From contig JAUNJF010000002.1 in the NCBI GenBank assembly GCA_030533405.1, positions 9,339 through 73,338 on the forward strand: a stretch of DNA of 64,000 nucleotides, given 5' to 3'. This DNA comes from Eubacteriales bacterium (GTDB taxonomy: Bacteria; Bacillota; Clostridia; Lachnospirales; Lachnospiraceae). Position 1 is the first letter of the stretch. Each line of letters starts with the position of its first letter. This document shows, piece after piece, positions 18,563 through 28,930 of this stretch. Below the pieces are notes generated by a model. The model saw only the letters and a program-made list of their open reading frames with translations. It did no database searches and was not told the DNA's origin. The translations under genes were made by a program, and so were the position numbers.

Positions 18563-19762
18563 TTACTTAAGCAGTTCATGCTCCATTTTCATCTTTAGTA
18601 CACGGTAAACCGCCTGGTCAATCTGCTCCTCTGTAATCCTTCCTTTTCGAATTCCTTTTTTTATCCCTCTCATAGATGCCTGAAAATCCGCAGAAAAAAT
18701 CATGTCGTTTCCTGCTTCCAATGCTTTTTCCGATGCTTTTGCCAATGTCATTTTATCCAAAACAGCACGCATATTCAAATCATCCGATATAATCACACTA
18801 TCAAACGCAAGATCCTTGCGCAAAATATCATGCACTGACTTCGACAAAGACGCAGGATTCTTATCATCCACCGATTGCATCACAATATGGGATACCATTA
18901 CCATATCTGCACCAGCTTTTATTCCTGTCTGAAATGGTTTGAAATCAATATCCTCATATTGCATTCTCTCTCTCGTATCTTTTATATATACCTCATGTGT
19001 ATTTCCATTTTCTCCATATCCTGGAAAATGTTTCACACAACTGATACAATTCTCTTTTTTCATTACAGAAACAACTGTTTTGACATATTTGGAGACTGTT
19101 TTTACATCTCCCGCTGCCGAGCGGGAATACATATAAGAGCTTTCCGAAGTCGTAACATCTGCAACCGGATCAAAATTGACATTGATTCCAAGTTCTCGCA
19201 ACAACGCAACCTTTTGCAGTGTCTGTTCCTTCACCAGCTTCCAGTTTTTTTCATTTCCAAGTTGGCGAGCACCATAAAAAGCTGGAATCCCCGCATTTAC
19301 CAATCCCGAAATACGGCTTACACTTCCACCCTCTTCATCCACACAAACAAGCATCGGATAATTAGATACCTCCTGCAATTGATCAACCTTACCACGTACC
19401 TGTTCCACTGTTTTTCCGTTAAAATCAACAGAAAATAAAATCACGCCTCCCGGTTGAAATTCCTGAATATTCGCAACCGTAATATCCTTTGGATTCGTCA
19501 AAATCATCAACTGAGAAATCTTTTCTTCCAACGTCATCTGTTCTATATATTTTTGAATCCGTGCATTTTGTTTGTTCTCTTTTTCCTGCTTCTCTTTTTG
19601 AATTTGCTCCATCTCCTGTTCTACCAGGGTTTCCGAATATGCCAACGGCAAACCTTGATAGACGGAAGCCTGATTCAGTTGTACTTTTTCACCACTCATT
19701 TCACCAAACGAAAAAATCGACAAACAACTACATAACATCATTGCCCAAGCAATCAACTTCAT
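18563..19762 (-). CDS. secreted or anchored glycoside hydrolase family 3 (NagZ-like beta-N-acetylhexosaminidase)
   Basis: It has the GH3 signature KHFPGYGENGNTH and the segment VMVSH. The N-terminus is a hydrophobic signal or anchor (MKLIAWAMMLCSCLSIF). The start is the ATG at 19762 or the GTG at 19777, which overlaps the upstream stop as GTGA. Confidence 0.8.
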   Translation of the reverse strand: MKLIAWAMMLCSCLSIFSFGEMSGEKVQLNQASVYQGLPLAYSETLVEQEMEQIQKEKQEKENKQNARIQKYIEQMTLEEKISQLMILTNPKDITVANIQEFQPGGVILFSVDFNGKTVEQVRGKVDQLQEVSNYPMLVCVDEEGGSVSRISGLVNAGIPAFYGARQLGNEKNWKLVKEQTLQKVALLRELGINVNFDPVADVTTSESSYMYSRSAAGDVKTVSKYVKTVVSVMKKENCISCVKHFPGYGENGNTHEVYIKDTRERMQYEDIDFKPFQTGIKAGADMVMVSHIVMQSVDDKNPASLSKSVHDILRKDLAFDSVIISDDLNMRAVLDKMTLAKASEKALEAGNDMIFSADFQASMRGIKKGIRKGRITEEQIDQAVYRVLKMKMEHELLK

Positions 19763-19773
19763 ATTATTCGGAA

Positions 19774-22245
19774 TCACCTCATCAACAATTTTATTTTTTT
19801 ACAAAACGGAACCGATTTCCACAATGCCTTACGAATTTGAATCACATGCATTCTAAGCATTTGTACCTGTTCTTCTGTTATCATGTTCTCACTATAACTA
19901 ATCTGTTCCAAACAATGACTACATTCCTGTATATCAACCTCTACTGCATAATGATCAACCATATAACGAAGCTGTTCCATATGACTCTTACATGCATCAA
20001 ATGACACATCGCACACACGAATGCGGTCACATACATCTGCATATAGCGCAATCAAAGCCTCTATTTGATTTTTCTGATGACATTTTTGATAACGCTTTCC
20101 CTTGCGCCACGCCATTTTCCCAAATGCTAACAGCATAAATCCAAGGAAAACACTCAAAATAATATATACAACAAATAAATAATCTGTTAAATCAATCTCT
20201 GAAACCTGTGGAATATCATCCAATACCGTATCCTCTCCAGAATAACGCCACGAACCCGAAAAGGCTGACCAGAAGTCCTCCTCATCCGACTCTTCCATAC
20301 TACTTGGGGTCACTTCAACCACTTTCCATCCAAAGCCATCAACATATACTTCTACCCATGCATGTGCCATGGAGTCATTTACTTCCACATCCAATACAGC
20401 CGATTCACCAATCATGGAATATCCGTTATAGTATCTATAGTAATCCTTTGAATCATCAATCTCAGAAGTCAGCGCCGCCTCAAGCGAAAACGCATAGCCT
20501 TCCACATAACGCGCTGGAATTCCCATCTGTCTGAAAATCAAAGTCGCTGCCGATGCAAAATGCGCACAATATCCTTTTCGATTCTTTGTTAAGAAATAGT
20601 TGATAAAATCTGCATCCCTTGGAGTTGCACCTGGCTTTAACGTATACGGAATATTATCTTGAAAATAATCTTTTACCGTCTGTAAAATCTCATTTTCGGT
20701 CATAGAATCAGTTAGTCCGATTCTCTCACACTCCGTTTTAATAATCTCCTGATTTTTTTCAGGAACCTCTAAAAAGACCTCATCTATCTTCGATACATCC
20801 ATCTGGGTAGGATACTGATTACCAAACTCTGGCTCCCAAACCACCTTTGGGTAATAATGATATTTTTTCGTATCATATAATGCAATCCCTTGCGAAGTTG
20901 GCATCAAACTATGATTATTATAAATGGAATAATCCGGAAACGCAGTATAATAAGGATAATACAAATAAGCCACATTCGCACCCATGTTACGCACTTCCAT
21001 AATACCGTCTGCACTATATTCATCTCCAGATTCTCTTTTGTCCTGAAGATAAGTTACTTCATTTTTTAAACTTTCTTCCTGAAAAATCTCTGTATCAGAC
21101 AACCCAGCATAAGGTCGTTCTCCCTCACTTACATATTCTGTCGCATCACCATAAATGCTTTCCCACTGATTATCTCCATATCTTCCACCAGTATAACCCT
21201 TTAGATATACACCCTCTACACTATACGGTGTATATGTAACGATCAAATCCGTCCGATAATCTGCACGCACCGTAGAAACACCACCTAATTTACCACCACT
21301 CATACCACCGACCGATGAATAGTGATTATAAAGGCCTTCAAAACCAAGCAAAATAAAATTACCAATCGTTTCTTTTGTTCGGTCTCGCAATGTATCCTTT
21401 TTAAAGAAACCATTAAACTGTGCAACTGGAATCAACAATTCTACCAGAATCACCATACAAAAAAACATCACTGTAAATGTGCCTAATACCTGTCTGAATA
21501 TCCCCGCATCCTGCGTATATGTCACATGATTCTTCTTGAATCCCTTTACACGAAATGGTGTATCCCACGCAAATACAACAAAATGCCCATTGCCTTTAAA
21601 CACCATGACCGCTATATAACCGATACACAAAGCCATGCTATAAAGCGCAGCTGGTGTTCGTTCCATATATAATGGAATTAACAAAATCGGAAACGTAAAC
21701 AACACTGTCCAGCCCAAACTCATTGTCGAATACATCCAGATATTCAACACAATAATCATGACCATTCCAACAAAAATAGCAACAATCGCAATGGTTGTGT
21801 ACGGATTATCAATTTGCACCTCATATTCCTGCACACCAGACAAATCAAAATAGCTTTGTGCACGCTGCAGTATACGATTGACAACTGCATAAAACCCAGA
21901 ATTCGCATATACTCTATAAAAATAAATCGCCACAACAAATACACCGAAAAACAAAATATATCCCAAATCACGGTATATCATCTTCGATGTCGCATATAAA
22001 AACGAAAAATATGTCGAAAGTACCAAATAACTTATGAGCACCAACCCCATATTATATGAAATATCAAACGAAGAAAGAAAGCCTCCAACCGAACCAAACA
22101 CAAGCATACACACGATAACAGAACGCAAAAAACAATTTACAACAATGTTACCATTTTGCATGGTAGGCTTTTTCAGATAAATTCCTCTTGTCAAAAAGAT
22201 ATCGCCTTTATGTAGTTGTTCTTTTTTTCGTTTTCCAAACAACAT
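19774..22245 (-). CDS. polytopic membrane protein with extracytoplasmic transglutaminase-like core and C-terminal DUF4129-like tail (YebA/TgpA-like)
   Basis: It is 823 aa with about 6 N-terminal TM helices. The transglutaminase core has Cys in RKGYCAHFASAATLIFRQMGIPARYVEGY and His in HAWVEVYVDGFGWKVVEVTP. A late TM helix and a cytoplasmic tail follow. Confidence 0.8.
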   Translation of the reverse strand: MLFGKRKKEQLHKGDIFLTRGIYLKKPTMQNGNIVVNCFLRSVIVCMLVFGSVGGFLSSFDISYNMGLVLISYLVLSTYFSFLYATSKMIYRDLGYILFFGVFVVAIYFYRVYANSGFYAVVNRILQRAQSYFDLSGVQEYEVQIDNPYTTIAIVAIFVGMVMIIVLNIWMYSTMSLGWTVLFTFPILLIPLYMERTPAALYSMALCIGYIAVMVFKGNGHFVVFAWDTPFRVKGFKKNHVTYTQDAGIFRQVLGTFTVMFFCMVILVELLIPVAQFNGFFKKDTLRDRTKETIGNFILLGFEGLYNHYSSVGGMSGGKLGGVSTVRADYRTDLIVTYTPYSVEGVYLKGYTGGRYGDNQWESIYGDATEYVSEGERPYAGLSDTEIFQEESLKNEVTYLQDKRESGDEYSADGIMEVRNMGANVAYLYYPYYTAFPDYSIYNNHSLMPTSQGIALYDTKKYHYYPKVVWEPEFGNQYPTQMDVSKIDEVFLEVPEKNQEIIKTECERIGLTDSMTENEILQTVKDYFQDNIPYTLKPGATPRDADFINYFLTKNRKGYCAHFASAATLIFRQMGIPARYVEGYAFSLEAALTSEIDDSKDYYRYYNGYSMIGESAVLDVEVNDSMAHAWVEVYVDGFGWKVVEVTPSSMEESDEEDFWSAFSGSWRYSGEDTVLDDIPQVSEIDLTDYLFVVYIILSVFLGFMLLAFGKMAWRKGKRYQKCHQKNQIEALIALYADVCDRIRVCDVSFDACKSHMEQLRYMVDHYAVEVDIQECSHCLEQISYSENMITEEQVQMLRMHVIQIRKALWKSVPFCKKIKLLMR

Positions 22246-22262
22246 TCATTTTTCCTCGCATA

Positions 22263-23327
22263 CTATTTCAAAACAGCAACCACACCCTGATTGCCATACA
22301 CAACATTCTCTTCCTCTGTAGTTCCAGGATAACCAATATATAAATAGGTGCTTTCGTTCGGAACCTCTTGCAAATACATCTCTTCTACAATCCCCGCATT
22401 TGCATAACTTTTATCATACAAAACTCCGGAAAACCATTCCTGCCGTTCTACTTCATTTCCAATATAAGTACCAACCAATTCTTTCAAATTCATACTATAA
22501 TAAAACAACGTAAACGGCAGATTTTGCTGAACAAAGGATTTTGTGATGCTATCTGTCAACTCTAACACAGACTCCAAACGCATCTCATTATCATTTGCCA
22601 GTTCTACAACAACATTTAACTGCATTGCCGAAACACTAATACGTTCTTTCACCATCAATTCATCTTTTTTCACAGATAATTTCCAATGAATATTTTGCAG
22701 TTTATCACCTGGAATATATTCTCGAATACCACTCACTTCTGAAAAATCATATCCCTTTTCCTTACTCTCCACTGCCTCAGAAACACCTTTTAAATAAAGT
22801 TGTCCCGCTTCCTGATTTCTCAGTTCGCCCTTTGGGAGAATCAGACATTCCTTTTCCTCATGAATTTTTAACTTTGTTTCAAACATACCAGTTAAATCCA
22901 TAAGCGTAATCTGCTTTGCGCATACCAACAATCTTCCACAATAATCCATCTGTAACGGATAGGATACATTCGTCTCTGTTCTCGCTCTCATTGGCATGTT
23001 CAAATCATGATCCCCTTCATATCCGTAAAACGGATTTTCCACCGTCAAACGAATCGTCGCATTCACAATTGGAAAAAAAGTGTTATTTTTGATTCGAAAA
23101 TACACCTTTACCTCGTCCTTTTTTTCCATAGGTTCCACCGGCATTGTAATATGAAATTCCATCGTTTTCTTTACACGCATCAATGCAATTACACTATAAA
23201 CAGGAAACAAAATCATACCTATCATCAACAAAAAATTGATATAACTATGAAATATCACCATAATATAGACATTTAGCGCAAATGCAAATAAATACCGTAA
23301 TATATTGCGAATTTTCCTAAATTTCAT
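22263..23327 (-). CDS. DUF58-family protein (YeaD-like)
   Basis: It is 354 aa with 2 N-terminal TM helices. The DUF58 hallmark is IREYIPGDKLQNIHWKLSVKKDELMVKE. Confidence 0.8.
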   Translation of the reverse strand: MKFRKIRNILRYLFAFALNVYIMVIFHSYINFLLMIGMILFPVYSVIALMRVKKTMEFHITMPVEPMEKKDEVKVYFRIKNNTFFPIVNATIRLTVENPFYGYEGDHDLNMPMRARTETNVSYPLQMDYCGRLLVCAKQITLMDLTGMFETKLKIHEEKECLILPKGELRNQEAGQLYLKGVSEAVESKEKGYDFSEVSGIREYIPGDKLQNIHWKLSVKKDELMVKERISVSAMQLNVVVELANDNEMRLESVLELTDSITKSFVQQNLPFTLFYYSMNLKELVGTYIGNEVERQEWFSGVLYDKSYANAGIVEEMYLQEVPNESTYLYIGYPGTTEEENVVYGNQGVVAVLK

Positions 23328-23338
23328 GAAATTCTCCT

Positions 23339-24265
23339 TTATGTTCTTGGTACCTTAACCTGTGAAAACAAAGATGCCAATGCCTCTTCCACATTCATTC
23401 CTTCCGCACGTGCTTTTGTACTTAATTTCACACGATGTCCCAATACATCAAAAAATACGCTTCGAATATCTTCTGGCGTCACATAATCTCTTCCATGTAA
23501 TACTGCCATTGCCTTTGTCATACGCAAAAGTGCAATACTACCTCTCGGACTTGCGCCCATAGAAAACAATTCACTTGTTCTTGTCCCTTCAATCAATGTC
23601 ACAATATAATCATAAATCGAATCATGCACATACAACGTATTCGCTTTCTTTCGTAACTCCACAAATTCTTCCACGGTAATTGCACTCTCTAACTGCGATA
23701 ATGGATTACTTGCATTATCTTTTAAAATATGAACTGCCGCATCGTGGTCCGGATAGCCCATAGAAAGACAAACCATAAAACGATCCAACTGTGATTCCGG
23801 TAACATTTGCGTTCCAGAAGAGCCCAACGGATTCTCTGTTGCAATCACTGTAAACGGGCTAGGTAATGGTCTTGTCACACCGTCCACAGTAACATTTCCT
23901 TCCTCCATAACCTCCAAAAGCGCAGACTGTGTCTTTGGCGAAGTACGGTTAATCTCATCTGCCAAAAACAAGTTACAATACACAGCACCTTCCTGATATT
24001 CAAACGTTTTCGAATCCGGATTATACATAGAAAAACCAACAATATCACTTGGCAATACATCTGGTGTAAACTGCACACGTTTGTATGTCAACGCCATAGA
24101 TTTTGCAATGGACATTGCCAAAGTTGTCTTTCCCACACCAGGGATATCTTCTAGGAGGATATGTCCACCAGCCAACATTGCCGCCAATACTTTCTCTACA
24201 ATCTCCGACTTTCCCTTTACAGCCTTTTCGATTTCCTCTTTTACCTGTATCATTTTATTTCCCAT
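23339..24265 (-). CDS. MoxR-family AAA+ ATPase (YeaC-like)
   Basis: It is 308 aa with Walker A (PGVGKTT), Walker B (LFLADEINR) and the MoxR segment VIATENPLGSSGTQMLPESQLDRF. Confidence 0.9.
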   Translation of the reverse strand: MGNKMIQVKEEIEKAVKGKSEIVEKVLAAMLAGGHILLEDIPGVGKTTLAMSIAKSMALTYKRVQFTPDVLPSDIVGFSMYNPDSKTFEYQEGAVYCNLFLADEINRTSPKTQSALLEVMEEGNVTVDGVTRPLPSPFTVIATENPLGSSGTQMLPESQLDRFMVCLSMGYPDHDAAVHILKDNASNPLSQLESAITVEEFVELRKKANTLYVHDSIYDYIVTLIEGTRTSELFSMGASPRGSIALLRMTKAMAVLHGRDYVTPEDIRSVFFDVLGHRVKLSTKARAEGMNVEEALASLFSQVKVPRT

Positions 24266-24301
24266 TCTAGTGATTCCTCCTAACCTCTTCCCATAAAAAT
24301 G

Positions 24302-25597
24302 CTACATGCGGGTATGACGATTTACGTATTTTGCCTTATATTTTGAATACACAATCGTTTGATCCTTATATAAACTATAATATCCCGAAGCTGCATAACT
24401 AATGGATACTGCAATCAAATAATAAGAAACGCCCTCAAATCCAAACAACTCAAATGCAATTAAAATAGATGTAATTGGGCAGTTCGTGACGCCACAAAAG
24501 ACCGCCGCCATTCCAGCCGCAGCACAAAGCGATGGTGATAAATGCAAAAGATGTCCCATTGTACAGCCAAATGTAGCACCCACAAAAAAGGATGGTACAA
24601 TCTCGCCACCTTTAAATCCTGCCCGCATTGTAATTGCTGTAAGAACAATCTTCCAAAAAAATGCAGTTGGATTCGCTACACCATGTTCTATTGCATCCGT
24701 AATTCCACCAATACCAGCGCCCATGTAATCTGTCGTACGTAAACACAACGTAATTGCAATAATTACTAAACTGGCAATGATGACACGAATATATTTGTTC
24801 TTTAATTTCTTATGAAACACAACACTTGTCTGTTTTAATACAACACAAAAAACAACACTGATCACCGCACATCCGATGGATATAACACCCATCTTACATC
24901 CTGTTGCAATTGTCAATTTCGGAATGTTTGTCACATGAAACACCTCTGGATGGATACCCATACCAGCTGCAAAGTTAGATGCAACCAGTGATGCAACCAC
25001 ACACGGAACCAGTGCGGTATAATACATAACACCAACACTCACAACCTCCATAGAAAATATAGCTGCAGCCATCGGCGTTCCAAACAATGCCGCAAACGCA
25101 GCACTCATACCACTCATAACAATCACATGCCGATCCTGTTCATCCAAGCGAAACCATCTGCCCAATTGATTACCAATACTACCACCTAACTGAATGGCGG
25201 CACCCTCTCGTCCTGCCGAACCACCGACTAAATGCGTAATTGCCGTTGCAATAAAAATTAGTGGTGCTGATCGAAATGCCACATCATCCTTAGATGTAAC
25301 AGTAGAAAACACCTGATTCACACCACCATCCTGACGACCAATTTTTTTATAAAGAAATACAATCAAAACACCTGCCAAAGGCAAACACAAGAATATCCAT
25401 AGATGATTCTCACGAAATGATGTAACTGCTGATAAAACAAACGAAAACAGACTACTAATTGCTCCCACAACAACTCCAGTTATAATAGCGAGCAAAATCC
25501 ATTTAAACAAGCTTTTGGCATCTTGCTTCACTCTTCTCAAATAATACTGTAATAATATAACAATACGACTACTTTTCTCGCTATCATTTTCGTACAT
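24302..25597 (-). CDS. ClC-family voltage-gated chloride channel or antiporter
   Basis: The track ORF is 24302-25621, and the start is placed at MYENDSE (GGAGGAGC RBS). The ClC selectivity motifs are GSAGREGAAIQLG, GTPMAAAIFSMEV and GGEIVPSFFVGA. Confidence 0.88.
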   Translation of the reverse strand: MYENDSEKSSRIVILLQYYLRRVKQDAKSLFKWILLAIITGVVVGAISSLFSFVLSAVTSFRENHLWIFLCLPLAGVLIVFLYKKIGRQDGGVNQVFSTVTSKDDVAFRSAPLIFIATAITHLVGGSAGREGAAIQLGGSIGNQLGRWFRLDEQDRHVIVMSGMSAAFAALFGTPMAAAIFSMEVVSVGVMYYTALVPCVVASLVASNFAAGMGIHPEVFHVTNIPKLTIATGCKMGVISIGCAVISVVFCVVLKQTSVVFHKKLKNKYIRVIIASLVIIAITLCLRTTDYMGAGIGGITDAIEHGVANPTAFFWKIVLTAITMRAGFKGGEIVPSFFVGATFGCTMGHLLHLSPSLCAAAGMAAVFCGVTNCPITSILIAFELFGFEGVSYYLIAVSISYAASGYYSLYKDQTIVYSKYKAKYVNRHTRM

Positions 25598-25629
25598 GTT
25601 GCTCCTCCAAATCAGCCACATCCATTCAT

Positions 25630-27549
25630 TTATTTGGATGTCTCACCTGTGTTTTTCATAAAATATTTATTGCCATACATTCTTGCATCCGCTCGTTTGA
25701 AAACATCTGCTACACTCTTATCTTTTTTACAATCAAATGTTGCATAACCCGACGCTACAGATACTTTCTCATATATAGCCTTACCTTCTTGTTCCGTCTC
25801 ATTCATTTTCTGCACAAATTGTTCCATCAGAGCTTCTCTTGCTTCATAATCCGGTCCTTCCAAAACAACTGCAAATTCATCGCCACCAATTCGATATACT
25901 GCACTCTTTTTGAACGTCACACAAATCAACTGGCTTGCTCTAACAATGTAATCATCACCTTTTTCATGACCATACTGATCATTTACCTGCTTTAACCCAT
26001 TTACATCAAAAATTGCAATTGCAAATGCATAATCATCATTAGACGCAATCCCAGCTTCCAAAATCTCTTCCCGACTTTCATACGCTGTACGATTCTTGAC
26101 ATGTGTTAACACATCCGTCTCTGTCAACTCCAATAGACGATGATGCAATACCTCAACCTTTAAATCATTTAAATGCTTCGACAACACAATATTCATACGC
26201 GAGACATATTTTCTTAACGCGCCCGTTTCCTTCACTTTCTCATAATCATCGCAAAAGACAATATATCCCATTGCCCTCTCATCATCATGTAATGGCAAAA
26301 AGATAAACAAACGATTCTTCTCCGTATCCACAATCTGCGGAACAAGCTTCTTTGTTTCAAACTCTGAAATGTTTTTTACATTCCCTTCATCCATCGAAAA
26401 CACCGCATTCATTTTTTCTGGATATCCCTTTGTGCGAAATTTCTTATCATGATTATGTACCATTTTTTCAAACAATGGGTCTAATATAATATGAAATGAT
26501 TTTTTTTCATATACATTATTGCCTCCATATATTTGACAAAAACTCTTACTCAAATCATTAAACTCTTTTCCTTTCATTACACCACGCTCAATATTGGTCA
26601 TTCGCAACGTGAAGCTTGAATCATTCATACTCTCTAAAAACTTCCTACGCCCAATGGATCTACGAACGGCATCAAAATCCTTTGCGCACACACACCCACA
26701 ACTTTCACTCGAAACAAATTCACAGTCTACGACATGCATTCGTTCACATGGTTCTCCATTCCAAATTTTCTTTAGAATCAGTGCACATTTTTCTCCAATC
26801 AAATCCAACCGCTGATCAACGGAGCTTATCGACGGCGAATATACCTGCGCCAGGAATTCATTATCAAATCCAGTAACAAGAATATCCTCTGGAATTCGCA
26901 TACCACGCTTTCCAAGTTCTTCACAAACAATCATAGCTAACATGTCATTCACACATACAATTGCATCTGGAACATCGCCTAAATCTATTCGTTTATTAAA
27001 TACCTGAAGCACACCATAAGGCTCCCAATTGGTATAATATATATTTTTCTCCTCTAATTCCAATCCATGCTCACGCATTGTATCCTGAATCGCCTGCAAT
27101 CTAACATTAGAATCCATACTATCCCGACTACCCGCAATATAGACAATGTTCTTTACGTGATGCACATCCAAGATATGAGCACAAAGATCTCTCATGCCAA
27201 TTTTATTATCAGCTCCAACAAAGTAATGCTGCCCATCGTCCAATCCAGTCAAAATGACCGGGATGTTTGCTTCATCACATCGTTGTTTTATCTCATCTAA
27301 CATTTGTGGAAAATCTAACCCATTCGCAAAAATAAGCGCTGCATCAAATTCTTTTAAATCTGGCAATTCAAAAATGTTCAATTCTCCTATTGTATTTTCC
27401 GCATTGTCATTCAGCGCTGCATGACATAAAAACAAGTATAAATCTACACTTTCCTTTGCAAATTCATCTCGCAATCCCAATAAATACGGATATAAAATTT
27501 TATTCGACCATCCTGTGGCAAAAATCGCTATTTTCTTCTTTTGCTTCAT
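25630..27549 (-). CDS. cytoplasmic LacI/PBP1-type sugar-binding sensor domain fused to a GGDEF diguanylate cyclase
   Basis: It is 639 aa. The N-terminal half has the periplasmic-binding-protein type I pattern (IVCVNDMLAMIV, VTGFDN) with no HTH and no signal peptide. The C-terminal half has NRTAY...FDVNGLKQVNDQYGHEKGDDYI...YRIGGDEFAVVL. I see no RxxD I-site upstream of GGDEF. Confidence 0.8.
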   Translation of the reverse strand: MKQKKKIAIFATGWSNKILYPYLLGLRDEFAKESVDLYLFLCHAALNDNAENTIGELNIFELPDLKEFDAALIFANGLDFPQMLDEIKQRCDEANIPVILTGLDDGQHYFVGADNKIGMRDLCAHILDVHHVKNIVYIAGSRDSMDSNVRLQAIQDTMREHGLELEEKNIYYTNWEPYGVLQVFNKRIDLGDVPDAIVCVNDMLAMIVCEELGKRGMRIPEDILVTGFDNEFLAQVYSPSISSVDQRLDLIGEKCALILKKIWNGEPCERMHVVDCEFVSSESCGCVCAKDFDAVRRSIGRRKFLESMNDSSFTLRMTNIERGVMKGKEFNDLSKSFCQIYGGNNVYEKKSFHIILDPLFEKMVHNHDKKFRTKGYPEKMNAVFSMDEGNVKNISEFETKKLVPQIVDTEKNRLFIFLPLHDDERAMGYIVFCDDYEKVKETGALRKYVSRMNIVLSKHLNDLKVEVLHHRLLELTETDVLTHVKNRTAYESREEILEAGIASNDDYAFAIAIFDVNGLKQVNDQYGHEKGDDYIVRASQLICVTFKKSAVYRIGGDEFAVVLEGPDYEAREALMEQFVQKMNETEQEGKAIYEKVSVASGYATFDCKKDKSVADVFKRADARMYGNKYFMKNTGETSK

Positions 27550-27825
27550 TTTATCACCAACCCATCAACCCCCACTTATCACAATACCCCTAATATATGT
27601 GGCGATTTTCCGTCCATTTTATCTAGATACAATATATTATTTAGTTTATCACTTTTTCTCTTTTCGTACAACCAAATTCCACCATATCTTTGCCCCAAAA
27701 ACCAAATAATTTGTTAATATTTTCTATACCAACCAAAATACAAAAAACACCTCGCAAAAGGAAGCATTGTTCACAAACACAAACACTTTCACGAGATGTT
27801 TTTCAGAATACATTATTCGATTATA

Positions 27826-28800
27826 TTAATCCTGTGCTACTACTTCTTTGTAGAACTCAGTAATATCTTTACGTTCTTCTTTCGTATACGCAATTGCTGT
27901 TCTAGGATGCTGATTCAAAATACCTGTTAATAAATACTGTAAATCATATCCCCAAACAGTTCCCTGCTCTTTTAATGGTACCATATAATTCTCAATAAAC
28001 TTAAGAACCGGATATAAGTTGTATTTTGGATTACGAAGGAAACCAAGCAATAATTCCATTGCACAGTTACCAGCACCACGTCCCATTGCAAGATATGTTG
28101 CATCTAACCAGTCAACACCATCTCCAACAGCCTCTACTGTGTTTGCAAATGCAAGCTTCTGGTTATCATGTGCATGAATACCAATTTTCTTATTATACTT
28201 TGCAGCAACGTCCAAATAAATGTCAGCAAGTCTTGCAAGCTGCTCTGGATATAAGGAACCAAAACTGTCAACAATGTAAATAACATCAACTGGTGATTTA
28301 CCAAGCTCCTCTAATGCCACACGTAAATCCTTTTCCTGCGTATTAGAAATCGCCATAATATTACAAGTTACTTCATATCCTTTGTTTGCTGAATGCTCAA
28401 TTACATCTAATGCAGATGGCATCTGATGTAAATATGTAGCAACTCGAATCAAATCAATTGCACTATCCGAACGATTTACAATATCCTTCTTGTAATCACA
28501 ACGTCCAATATCTGCCATAATGGCAAGCTTCAAATCTGTATCATTTTCACCAACAATACTACGAATGTAATCGTCATCACAGAATTTTAATTTACCAAAT
28601 TTATCCTCATCGAACATGGTCTTATCTGCACGATATCCAAGCTCCATGTAGTCAACTCCAGCCTTTACATTCGTCTCATATAAAGCCTTTACAAATTCGT
28701 CGGTAAAATAAAAATCATTTACCAAACCACCATCTCTCAATGTGGCATCCACAACTTTAACTGACTCACGGTATCCCATTAACTTAGAAATCTCTTTCAT
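27826..28800 (-). CDS. DRE-TIM metallolyase / HMGL-like aldolase-family protein
   Basis: It is 324 aa with VVDATLRDGG near the N-terminus and IGIHAHDNQKLAFAN, which are pyruvate-carboxyltransferase-type motifs. The substrate cannot be inferred. Confidence 0.6.
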   Translation of the reverse strand: MKEISKLMGYRESVKVVDATLRDGGLVNDFYFTDEFVKALYETNVKAGVDYMELGYRADKTMFDEDKFGKLKFCDDDYIRSIVGENDTDLKLAIMADIGRCDYKKDIVNRSDSAIDLIRVATYLHQMPSALDVIEHSANKGYEVTCNIMAISNTQEKDLRVALEELGKSPVDVIYIVDSFGSLYPEQLARLADIYLDVAAKYNKKIGIHAHDNQKLAFANTVEAVGDGVDWLDATYLAMGRGAGNCAMELLLGFLRNPKYNLYPVLKFIENYMVPLKEQGTVWGYDLQYLLTGILNQHPRTAIAYTKEERKDITEFYKEVVAQD

Positions 28801-28930
28801 GTTCTAACAACTCCTTTACTTTATATCCTTATGCATAATAGCATTTACTCTTTTTCACTTTAACGCATAAAAGCATTAAAGCGACTTGTACACTATAACA
28901 CATCTTTTTTGATAAGGCAAATGTTTTTTT

